From Eledone cirrhosa (lineage: Eukaryota), in contig OZ024758.1 in the NCBI GenBank assembly GCA_964016885.1, positions 1,984,001 to 2,048,000 of the forward strand: a stretch of 64,000 nucleotides of DNA. The letters are read 5' to 3'. The notes below the pieces were generated by a model that was given only the letters and a program-made list of their open reading frames with translations, was not told where the DNA came from and ran no database searches. The translations under genes and the position numbers were made by a program. Shown one piece after another: positions 52,613 to 64,000 of this stretch (within the stretch, counting starts at the first letter, position 1; the number at the start of each line of letters is the position of its first letter).

Positions 52613-55600
52613 GTATATATACCTGTATATATATATTTATGTGTATGTATATATATATATATATACATGTGTGTATATATATATATATATATATACAAAC
52701 ACACACATGTATATATAATCAATAAATAAACAGTGAACTAATAAACCATACTCACTTGTCATTTTTTTCCACTCTGTAAAATTTCTCAACATCCAAACGT
52801 CCAAGAATCTCACCAAAGTTCTCATCATGTGTGATAATTATCAATTGGAAATTTTGTTGTTCATGTCGGCTTTTGATGATACTAGAATATACAAAAACAT
52901 AGAATAGAATTTTAGAATATTGGTAGAGCTGGTGCCACAATAAAATACAGAGCCTACACTGTAAAGTGGTAGTGCTGGTGTCAAAATGAAATACATTCAG
53001 TCTACACTGTAAAATGGAACGCAGCAAGTGGAGAGATGCTGTGCTGAAAAGAACCCATCCAACCCATGCAAGCATGGAAAAACGGATGTAAAAATAATGA
53101 TGATGATGATGATGATGATGTGGCTTAACAGGTCAGGTAACTAAAGTGACCAAATTTTGCTCTTATGCTCCATTTTTGACTTGGATTCTACAACTGAATG
53201 CCCTTCCTAACACCAACTATTTTGCAGCATGTACTGAGAGCATTTTATCATGACTCAGGCACTACCATCTCACACGGTGGACTGGGTACTCCTTATCGTG
53301 GCACCAGCACAACCACCTTACAGTGTAGGACGGGGTACTTTTTACCGTGATACCAGCACAATCCAAGTTAAAATGTAGACATATATGTATTTACAGATCA
53401 ATTTTATTATGACTAACAAAAAGATTAATGACAAAAGTTAAACATACTCCACCAAAGCATTAGCCAAACTTTCTATGTTTTCTTGGTCCAAATTAGTTGT
53501 AGGTTCATCTAAAGCCAGAATTCCACAACTGAGACAGAATGTTTCAGCTAGCGCCAACCGAATTATTATTGAAGCAAGGACCTGGAAATTATAGAAAACA
53601 GGGATTCATGAGAATTTTGTTAGATATAATTATACTTTGGAAGGGTCATGTTGACAATAAAAACACATGCACCTGTTGGTTTTCTCTTCTATTATTTTTA
53701 TTGCTCTACTGGATTTTACACACACATATATATATTATTACTGGAACTCTATAAGAATCCAGCTTCTATAATTTTCAGCAAAAACAGAGTGCATTGCTCT
53801 GATGATTGCCAACTAGCGTGAAACAGACTGTTAGCTTCTCTCCCTTCTTTCGGCGAAAAGAAGTGACATAATCGTTACTTTAAAACCGATAGCGTATGGT
53901 CTTCTAAATGTTTTTAATTAAACATACATTCATGTATACATCGCTATTTCAGAGCACTAATCCTAATATATATATATAATCCTTATGGAGCCCTCTTCGG
54001 ATCTTAGTCTTCACATTTTTTATTACTATATATATTTATTGTTATACTTTGGTTTTCCCTTCAATTTATTACAAATTTCCAGTTGGTTGGCCGGTTGTTT
54101 ATTTGTTGTCAAAGCTCTTTCATCACACATTCTGTGACCTCCTCAGTAACTAATTTGTTATTTCATGTTTCTTCTTTGTGTTGTCCTACACCATCTTGTT
54201 TTTGTGTGTTGTCAACACAAAAAAATAAGATGGTGTAGGACAGAACAAAGGAGAGACACAAAATAACAAATTCTTAATCACTGAGGAGGTTACAAAAAGT
54301 GTGATGAAAGAGCTTTGACAACAAATAAACAACCAATATATAGACAGTATTATGCCAAAATCAGAAACTGACCTTTTGACCTGCACTGCATCTCCCTCTC
54401 ATGTCAATAACTGCATCACCTTTAATCATGACCACATGGTAATTATAACTACGTCTAATCTTCACAACTCCACTTTCATCTTCACTAGATTGGATCTCAA
54501 TGGTTTCAATATCTGAAATTAATTATAAAGTCATTAGTTGAGGTGGTAAATTAGCAGCGTCATTAGAGAGTTAGAATGTTTTGTGGTTTTTGTTCCAGCT
54601 GTTTGTGTTCTGAGTTCAATTCCTGCTGTACAAACTACTTCTGTTGTGACCCATCCAATTGTTGCTCGGGAAAACCAATGATGATGATGATGATGATGAT
54701 TCTGTTTTTGTTTGATTGCAGTCGTGAGGTTTGCTGAGTAATGAAAAGTCACTTTTTTCTTTTCCTTTTTAACCCTTTAGCATTTACATTACTATATCTA
54801 CTATTGTAAAGGCGCATGGCTTAGTGGTTAGAGAATTGGGCTTGCAATCGAAAGGTTGTGAGTTCAATTCACAAACTGGGAGATGTGTTGTTTCCTTGAA
54901 CAAGACACTTTATTTCACGTTGCTCCAGTTTACTCAGCTGTAGAAATGAGATGATAGGACCGGGGTCCCTATTAAATCACCCAAGATACCTCTGAGATAT
55001 ACCTTGGAGGAGGCCAGCTAAACCTGGATAGGTGTGAGCTGTAACAACATATCTACTATTATATTTTCACAGTAAATACTTTATTTCACATAATTATCTC
55101 ATATAATATCAAATCTATGAAATTTTGATATTATCAATTTTGAGAATGGTTGGTTATAGCCAGTTTGAAGAGAAAGAGATGAGAAAATTCTGGCCGGATA
55201 TGGCCAGTTTGAATACTAAAGGGTTAAAACCTTTTAACTAAAGACTCAGCAACTACTAAATATTCTCATTTAATTGTAAATTGTCAATAAAATTCAAAAG
55301 TAATTTCAAGTGAGGACAGGAAGAACATAAAATATATAAAAATGTAGAAATACTGCAGGACTACTGTTTCAAATATTAGAGAACATTCAGTTTATTTTAC
55401 CGTGTCCTTTATAAGTATTTCTCCAAAGGTCTCGAATGATCTTGTTTATTTCCTTCATTTTCAATTTGTGGTAATTCATGATGGCACTAAATTAAAGACA
55501 AAACATTATTAATATTAAATGTAAAAAACAAAGTTGTCTCTAATCGAGACGAAGTGAGAGTTTATTTGAATACATATAAAAATGAGAAAACACATCTCTA

Positions 55601-58600
55601 GAACAGCCATTAAAACAGCTAAATGTTGTCAAAGACAGCAAATGGGCAAAAATGCCTCAAATTCACAACCTTTCAATTGCAAGTCCAATGCTTGAATCAC
55701 TAAGCCCGGCACCTTCACTAATGAAATATACCACCTATGTAATTTCAGGCAGTTTGGTATCAAAAATATAGAAATATAAGATGAAATTAACAATCTGTGT
55801 TATATTCAACATTTCAGTAAAAACTTATCACAGAGAAATACAACAAAACATGGTCGTTACTTACGATTCAAGAGCAACATCATACTTCTCTAAGTCTTGC
55901 TTGGCCATTTCTGTGGTCTGAAAACATACGATATAGCAATGAGAGGTAGAATAACAAACCTATATCACCATCATCATCACCACTATCACTACCACTATCA
56001 CCATAACCATCATAACCATCATCATCATTTTTACATGCTTTAACTCTGCAATGGACTGGCAAAATACTTCATTTCACGTTGCTCCAGTATACTCAGCTGA
56101 AAAAAATGAGTACCAGCAATATGCTGGGTGTTTAACCCTGCGATGGACTGGTGTCCTGTCCAGGGGGGAATCTTGTACAGTCATTCACTTCAAACCATGA
56201 AACCAGGATAAGAACTGGCCTAAAGAGTTTTCTTTCTTAAGACAGACTTTAACCCTGTGATGGACTGGCGTCCTGTCAGCTAATTCTACCTCCAGTCATA
56301 CACTAACAGGAAGGGAATCCAGCCATAGAAACCAAGCCCAAATCAGTTCTGTGTGAGTGAAATACGGTCCTCCGACCTGATCTCTCACAAAGGGACAGCC
56401 TGCCTAACCCATGCTGGTGTGGAAGATAGACGTTAAACAATGATGATGATGATTAATGATGATCAAACACTAATCAACATCATCATTTAACGTCCATCTT
56501 CCACGCTAGCATGGGTTAGATGGGAATTGTCCCACTTGAAGCAAGACTGATCGGGTGACCGTATCTGGCAGGTTTTCTATGGCTGGATGCCCTTCCTAAC
56601 ACCAACTACATTTACAGTGTGGACTGGGAGCCTTTTTACCGTGTCTCCTACACAACCACATTACAGTGTGGACTGGGTGTTTTTTTTTGTCGTTACACCT
56701 ACACGACCACTTTAGTTTGAACTGGATGTTGTGGTACCAACATAATTTTACAGAGAAAGGGTGAGGGGAGTGGGAGGGTGGAGTAGGGTGTATATTTGGT
56801 TAAGAGGGGCCTACTGACTATAGGTTACCTTTATATGTAGGGAAGGTGGGTCTTCTGTATTACTAGTAAAATATAAAACAGACATAGACAGAAGAAACAA
56901 CTTACTCGTAAACTAATCACTGTTTGTTGATATCTTTGAAAAGCATGTTTATGTGAGTCAGTCACAAGTTCCTCATTGATTGATGCAATCTGTGCTTTGA
57001 AACCATCTTGTCGTCCAAGAGTAATGGCTTTCTGTAGAGGAAAACAAGGAGAAGATATGGTATATAACAATTATGATGGATAATACTGAGGGCAACCTTG
57101 CCCAGACTTGTGGTTTTTGTCGTGACTCCAGCACTACCACCTTATAGAGTGGACTGGATTTTATCAGGACTACCACTTTACAGGGCGGACTGGGTGCTTT
57201 TTTGTCATGGCACCAGGACTGTCACTTTACAGGGTGCATTCTGTAAACATTAGTAATCTACAACAAACACATCACATTACATCTAACCCTAACTCTGCCT
57301 CAAATAAACAAAACAACAACTGACCTCCCTATCAAGTTTTTCCTGTTTAGTTGTCAACGTTCGCAGTTGTTCAGTTAAACTGTGGTCACCAAAGTCACCG
57401 AGCTTCTTCTTAATATTTTCTATCTCCTCTTCCTGCTTCTCAATTTCACTCTCTTTGCTGCGTAACAGAACAGTATCATCAAGTTCCCTCTTCCTCACCT
57501 GATACAAGTAAAAACAATTTAAAATTTGGTTAGAAGCAAGTTAAAAATAAATAATAGCTCATTAGAAATATGTAGCAAATGTTAGTATGTAAAACAGATG
57601 TAGTTGGTGTTAGGAAGGGCATCCAGCTGTAAAAAACTAAGGTAAAATCAGTTCTGTATGAGCAAGGTGTAGTCATATGACCTAACATTGCCCACAACAG
57701 GACAATTCGTCTAACCCATGCTAGCATGGAAAAATGGATGTAAAACAGTGATGATGATGATTTATTATAAAAAATAGGATGGTCATGGCTAGAAACGCCA
57801 GTCTAATCAGGGTTGAAATAGCAGGAGTCACGTTATTAGTAAATAATTTCTAAAATAAATACCTCTTCCTTGGACAGTTCTTTCCTAATATTAGACATTT
57901 TGTCTTGTAATTTCTTTCTTTCTGAGACAATGAGCTCAATTTCCTTCTTCAGAGTCTCATTTCTGTTCTTCTTTTCTTCAAGAAACGCAGCCTTACCAAC
58001 TTTTTCATATCTAAATACAAACAACAAAATAAGATGTTTTACCCTTTAACATTTACATTACTCTATACTAACAGAAAACCACCCCAGGGTGGTTTTCTGC
58101 TAGCATGTGTAGTGTGTATATTGATATTATACGCAATATAAACGTTATCATATAACAATGCAAATATATGAATGTTTATATAAGCGATGTGATATTGCGT
58201 CCGTTATATCGTAACAGGAAGTATTGACATTTGACAATTGTAAAAGAAGTGAATCTTAAAATAAGCAATCATTATATATAAGAATATTTATGTTTAATCA
58301 ACAACTACAAAATTTAGTAGATAAATTATGTAATATTCATTCATTATTTATTCAAAGTAATCCAACTTATTTTACTAACGGGATAAAAAAATATATTCAG
58401 GACACAGTCCCACACTCCTCCCTCTATTGTATTAGGATTTACTATTATATTTTCATAGTAAAGGCTTTACCTCACATAATATCAAATCTGTGAAATGTTG
58501 ATATTATTTATTTTGAGAAGAATACCTTAACATAAGTATGAGTAGCTGGTTACAGCTGGTTTGAACAGAAAAAGGTGAGCGAATTCTGGCCGGATATGGC

Positions 58601-61600
58601 CAGTTTAAATGCAAAAGGGTTAATGATAACTATATGGACTAAACAGTCTTAATATTTTACAGAAGGACTAATGTGATGTAGGGATATTCATGCCTTTCAG
58701 GCAGACTAACAGAAAAGATAGACTTTATTCAGACACTCTTCACTTTCCTGACATTTGTACATTATTCTATGTACTATACATGCACCTTTGATGAGATGTA
58801 GTGCACCTGAGCACTGTACACAATAATTTTCATTGTTATTATTTTAAACTTACTTGTCAATAGCTGACATATAGCTGTTTAACTGACTCACACCCTTCTG
58901 TTGGATCTCCTCATACTAAAAGAATCAAGAAAAATAAAACATAAATCTGAGTGCTTTGAAATTTGAAAATGTGAGACTCCTAACTGCAGAAAATAACAGT
59001 AACAACAGTTGTTTGCTATAAATAATAGCTGAGAGAATCAGGTAAAATACCCCTAGAACAGACATTGTAGATAAGACCACACCACTATCAGACTTTTACA
59101 CAGCAACTAAAATACAAATCCTTAGCAAAAGAGTCGGGTGACGACACGACATGTTACGGCACAACACAACATGCCAAGACACAGCACGGCACAACACAAC
59201 ATGTCACCAAATAACACAGCACGGCACAACACAACATGCCAAGACACAGCACGGCACAACACAACATGTCACCAAATAACACAGCATGGCACGACACAAC
59301 ACGTCACCAAATAACACAGCACGGTACAGCATGACACAACACAACACATGACACGGCATGACACAGCACATTACAACACGTCACAACTTTTATTTACTAT
59401 AAACAATTGACATGAAATGTTGATCTTTTAAAAGTTATTTGCCAGAAATTATTCCTCTTAAATTAAGTCTCAGATGACTCACCTCTTTTCTTCTTCTCTC
59501 AAATGCCTCTTCCTTCTTTGTCGTCACAGAACACTTTTCATCAACCAAATCGCCTATATTAGCCTTTCGTTAAAAATAAACAGAAATTATATCGATTTTT
59601 GATTAAGTCAGAAATCAACACATTTTGGAAAAGGAGGGTGGTATTTGGTATTTGATTAATATACTAGTAGGTCACAGAAGTCAAGGAACTGATGATGATG
59701 ATGATACTAATGGAACCTGTGTAAATTTCACATTTAAAAATATTTTTGTGCCTATTTTGATGCTTAAATTCATAGACCTTTATATCATTGTTCCCAATAT
59801 GGTAAAAGTTCTGAACATGTCTTTGATTTTGTTCTCTATTTATGGTTGTTTGAAGCGAAATACAAACATAACAATAACAATAATTTCTAGTTTAGGCACA
59901 AGGCCAACAATTTTGGGAGAGGGGAAAGTTGATAACATTGACCCCAGTGTATTACTGGTACTTTATTTTATCGACCCCGTAAGGATGAAAGGCAAAGTTT
60001 ACCTTGGTGGGATTTAAACTCAAAACGTAAAGGGTCGTAACTCTGTGCTACACAGCTTGTTGTCCGTTGCTCTATCGATTCTGCCAATTCACTACCATAA
60101 TAATAATAATGGTTTCTGATTTAGGCATACTGCCAACCATTTTTCTGCCTTAACCCTTTAACATTTAAAGCAGTTGTATCTGGCCAGAATTCTCTCACCT
60201 CTTTCTGTTCAAACCGGCCATAACTGGCTGCTCATACTTATGTTAAGGTCTTGTTCTCAAAATAAATATCAAAATCTCATTGATTCAATGTTATGTGAGA
60301 TATTATATGAGGTAAAGCCTTTACTGTGAAAATACAATAGTATATATAGAGTAATGTAAATGTTATGTGAGATATTATGTGAGGTAAAGCCTTTACTGTG
60401 AAAATACAATAGTATATATAGAGTAATGTAAATGTTATGTGAGATATTATGTGAGGTAAAGCCTTTACTGTGAAAATACAATAGTATATATAGAGTCATG
60501 TAAAAATAATTGAAGAGGTAATTGAGTAAAAACATTTACCTGTAAAGGTTTCAATTGTTCTTTGAATTTCTGAAAGATTTAAAAACAAAAATATGAAATC
60601 AGTTCTGATTTTGCCAATGTTTAACTCTTTAGCATTTAAACTGGCCATATCCGGCCAGAATTCTCTCACCTCTTATGTTGGTATAGACATATGATGTGTA
60701 TGAAAGATGACAGCTGCATAAAAAGGTGCAGAGCGCTAAAAGTCGATGGAGTGGAGAGACCCAAGAAGACCTGGAATGAGGTGGTAAAAGCTGATCTTAC
60801 CCAATTACACCTCTCAAAGGCGATGAGACAGGACCAAGACGACCTCTGGTGTTACGCAGTAATACAGATGACCCAACTTCCCATGAGTACAAGCTGAAGC
60901 ATATAGACAGTATACCCCCAACTCCTCCCACTGTTGGTATCGCAACAAAAAAGCACCTAGTCCACACTGTAAAGTAGTCGTGTAGGCACCACAATAAAAA
61001 AGTACCCAGTAATCACTGCAAATGAGGTTGACGTTAGGAAGGGCATCCAGCTGTAGAAACCAAGCCGTAACCAAGCTGTATGAGCAAGACATGGTTACCC
61101 GACCTGGCATTGCTCACAACAGGACAACTCGTCTAACCCATGCTAGCGTGAAAGATGGACGTTAAACGATGATGATAACATCTATCATTGTCTGAATGAA
61201 ATAATTAATAATTTTTGTAAATCCCTCCGACTATGGAAACAGATTTCGGAACCAAAATGTCTGAGGATAAACTTAGCCAAAATTGAAGTGCTAGTAAGTA
61301 GGAAAGAAGACCCTGATTCCCTCGGGGAACTGGTCCTTCTCCATATGTAGAAAAGGAGAAGGCAGAAACCCCATATGAAAATCTTGGGTAGACAAGAGAT
61401 GTAGAGGTCTAACAGGTAGACTAACAGGAAGGAAAGACCTTGTATGTAGAAGATGCACAGGAGTACATGAGGGGAAGAGTGTTAATGATATAAACCTTTT
61501 CCGATCACAAGAAGGATCCGTAGAAGTGGTTGATAGTTTCTGCTATTTAGGTGACTTAATTAGCAGTGAAAGAGGGTGCTCTGAAAGCATAATAGCTAAA

Positions 61601-63962
61601 ATAAAGATAGGCTGGAAAAGGTTTAGAGAGCTACTCCCATTGTTGACAATAAAAGGTTTCTCCCTACATACCAAAAGACGGCAATATGATGCCTGTGTGA
61701 AGTGCAATCCTGCATAGTAGTGAAACATGGGCTACGCTTCTATACAGCATACAGCAATGCCTGCACTGCTATACAGAAACACATGTGTCTTGTCTATTGA
61801 GATCTTTTCAGAAAAGTTACCTACCTTCATAGCAGCCTTATGATCCACGTTGTCACTACGCAAAGCAGAATTGCTTTTCTCAAGCTCTATCTTCTCCTGA
61901 AGGTTCTTTTCTATCTGTAATTTCTCTGAATTTAATGAGAAAACTTGACTGTGAAGCTTGTTCACTTTCTCAGAGTGATCACTAAGTTTCTGTCGTTGAA
62001 CCTCAAGCTCATGATTAGTGGAACGCCTGTTTAAAACAAAAAGAAACTATCAACAACCTGTAATGATTTAGCAGAAAATGTCAATAAACTAGTTGGTTAC
62101 TTCAAATGTTTAACTCTTAAGCATCTACATTACTCTATATATACTATTGTATTTTCACAGTAAAGGCTTTACCTCACATAATATCTCACATAACATTTAC
62201 ATTACTCTATATTTACTATTGTATTTTCACAGTAAAGGCTTTACCTCACATAACATTTACATTACTCTATATATAGTATTGTATTTTCACAGTAAAGGCT
62301 TTACCTCACATAATATCTCACATAATATTGAATCTACGAGATTTTAATGTTATTTATTTTGAGAAAAATACCTTAATGTAGGTATGAGCGGCAGGTTATG
62401 GTTGGTTTGAACAGAAAGAGGTGAGAGAATTCTGGCTGAAAATAACTTACAACTTTGACTGTACAGTTTCTTTTTCATTAGTCACATCTTCAAGACTGCG
62501 ATCACCAACAGAATCTTTAGAACAATAGAATTGGAACAACTATCAGCGAAGTTATATTAAAAAGAAAAAGATTAGTTTATCATCATCATCATCGTTTAAC
62601 ATCTATTTTCCATGACATCCAAACCGATGCCAGCATGGACATAGAAATAGTGATGGTGGTGGTGGTGATGATGGTGATTATGATGATGACATGATGATGA
62701 TGATGATGATGATGATGAATGCAACATTAACACCAACTGACTGATGCATTCTAGGTGCAGTAAAATAAACATCAGGTTTATATGTAGAGACATACTAAAG
62801 AGGGCATATATAGCTAAGTTGCTCTGAAAGTACACAATAAGCCAAGTAGATGCAGAGAACAATACAATTGCAGCTTACCGACTCCTACATTAGATAGCAA
62901 GGATTTCTGGATTTTGATCTTCTTGTCAATTTCTTTCACTTCAGCGAGATAACGATCTAACAATAGGATATCAGGCAACATACTTTTAGCAATGGATTCA
63001 TCACTCATTAGGTCCTGCTGTTCTTCCTCTGCCTACAAAAAACAAGCATTTATTCATGAGCAAATGTGTCCAATCTATATATAAATTTCTGCGATTCTAT
63101 CACAACACGTAAAGAGAGAGGAGTAGTTTCACTACCTCATACTACTCCTCTCTCTTTACATCTGCTCCCTGCGTGAATGTATGTGATGTGTAAAAGGAAG
63201 GAAGGGGATGGTGAAAAGACTACACTGTGTGAGTGTATGTGTATGTGTGTGTGTGTAAATGTATGTGTGTGTGGTGTGACAGTGTCTTAGAGGAGGTCTT
63301 GAAAAGGGTTATGGGATTTGCTTTCTTCCTGACTAAATGATAAAAGAAATTGACTGCACAAACCTCTTGAATACCTTGGTTCAGTTTCATTGTGGCACTG
63401 TTGACATTGTCTAACTCCCTTTTAATGACCGGTATTTCATTTGTAGATAGAATATTCAGCTAGAAATTGAGGAAAGAAAACAGAAATTGGAGTGAGCAAT
63501 ATAATATGCCAGCATGGAAAAATCAACATAAAAATGATGATGATGATGATGATGATGATGATGGTGATTATTATTATCATCATTATTATTTGAAATATTG
63601 TGGACTGGAAACTTTTTACCGTGTTACCCATACGACCACATTACAGCGTGGACTGTGTGTTTTTTTGTCGTGACACCTACACGACCTCATTAGTTTGGAC
63701 TGGATGTTGTGGTACCAACATAACTTTACAGAGAAAGGGTGGTGTTGGTGGGGCTGGGAGGATGGAGTGGAGTAGTGAGTTGGGGTGTGTTTGGTTTGGA
63801 GGGGCCTACTGACTGTATGTTAACTTTGTACATAGGGAAATAACTTACCTCTTTTTTAATTGGTATCAACTGCTGTAGATTATCATATTCAATCTGGTGT
63901 TGATTAAGATCCCTCTCACTTTTCTGTAGCTTCGAAGGGACCATCCGTAATTTATTCTCAAG
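51228..63962 (-). CDS. RAD50: DNA repair protein RAD50, 3' 17 exons (coiled coil after the zinc hook through the C-terminal ATPase half); gene continues beyond the window
   Basis: Exons 63849-63962, 63364-63459, 62879-63032, 62451-62514, 61825-62026, 60540-60569, 59483-59563, 58854-58915, 57863-58010, 57325-57498, 56906-57031, 55865-55917, 55401-55486, 54373-54512, 53448-53581, 52756-52881, 51228-51294, all phase-compatible. Motifs: [36 protein letters not shown] (ABC signature), [11 protein letters not shown] (Walker B/D-loop), LIIITHD (H-loop). Confidence 0.97.
51510..52368 (-). mobile_element. RTE-clade LINE 3' fragment with an internal 80-bp x5 tandem amplification
   Basis: [42 protein letters not shown]...WYGHV...GRP.KTW, with a (GAT)n tail; tandem units at 51746-52146. 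Confidence 0.85.
53796..53835 (+). ncRNA. Minimal hammerhead ribozyme motif
   Basis: gct-CTGATGA-ttgccaactagcgt-GAAAC-agact-GTT-agc. Confidence 0.6.
54108..54150 (-). ncRNA. Hammerhead ribozyme motif, sense to the RAD50 intron
   Basis: gtta-CTGAGGA-ggtcaca gaatg tgtgat-GAAA-gag-CTT-tgac, followed by AATAAA. Confidence 0.55.
54278..54319 (+). ncRNA. Hammerhead ribozyme motif (other arm of the intronic hairpin)
   Basis: tca-CTGAGGA-ggttac aaaaagt gtgat-GAAA-gag-CTT-tgac. Confidence 0.5.
58068..58437 (-). mobile_element. Non-autonomous Helitron nested in a piggyBac-like MITE
   Basis: Minus strand starts A|TC and ends in a palindrome plus TTAG|T; removing it restores the MITE sequence CTCTATATTTACTATT with no TSD. 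Confidence 0.7.
61340..61735 (+). mobile_element. RTE-clade LINE reverse-transcriptase fragment
   Basis: [39 protein letters not shown]; another 3' piece at about 60678-60890. Confidence 0.8.
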
Positions 63963-64000
63963 CTAAAAGATATTAAAAAAGTAAGCATTATCATAGTACC

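Larger units (their letters stand above)
54093..54334. repeat. Imperfect 240-nt fold-back in a RAD50 intron
   Basis: Arms meet at about 54212; the outer 36 bp are perfectly complementary. Confidence 0.9.

Overview
AT-rich, microsatellite-dense eukaryotic DNA. The SINE/LINE/MITE content looks like an octopus (coleoid cephalopod) genome, which is an inference from repeat sequences only. Four protein-coding genes can be assembled from splice signals and phase: (1) a small orphan single-pass membrane protein (+, 871/938-4029); (2) a complete 11-exon M14A pre-pro-carboxypeptidase with a CPB-type Asp255, a furin-like site and an Arg/Lys-rich C-terminal tail (-, 6772-31999); (3) an intronless 591-aa RING-finger plus bromodomain ORF (+, 39045-40820); (4) the last 17 exons of RAD50 (-, 51228-63962). 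Most other ORF-track entries are microsatellite or transposon noise. The most striking non-genic signal is about a dozen type I hammerhead-ribozyme motifs (stem I, CUGANGA, stem II, GAAA, short stem III, NUH) from several sequence families. They usually sit next to (TA)n tracts and often occur as fold-back (inverted) duplicates, some sense to introns of the carboxypeptidase and RAD50. They resemble Penelope-like-element or retrozyme-type mini-elements. Nested Helitron, piggyBac-like and SINE insertions and tandem arrays amplified from TE fragments are also present.
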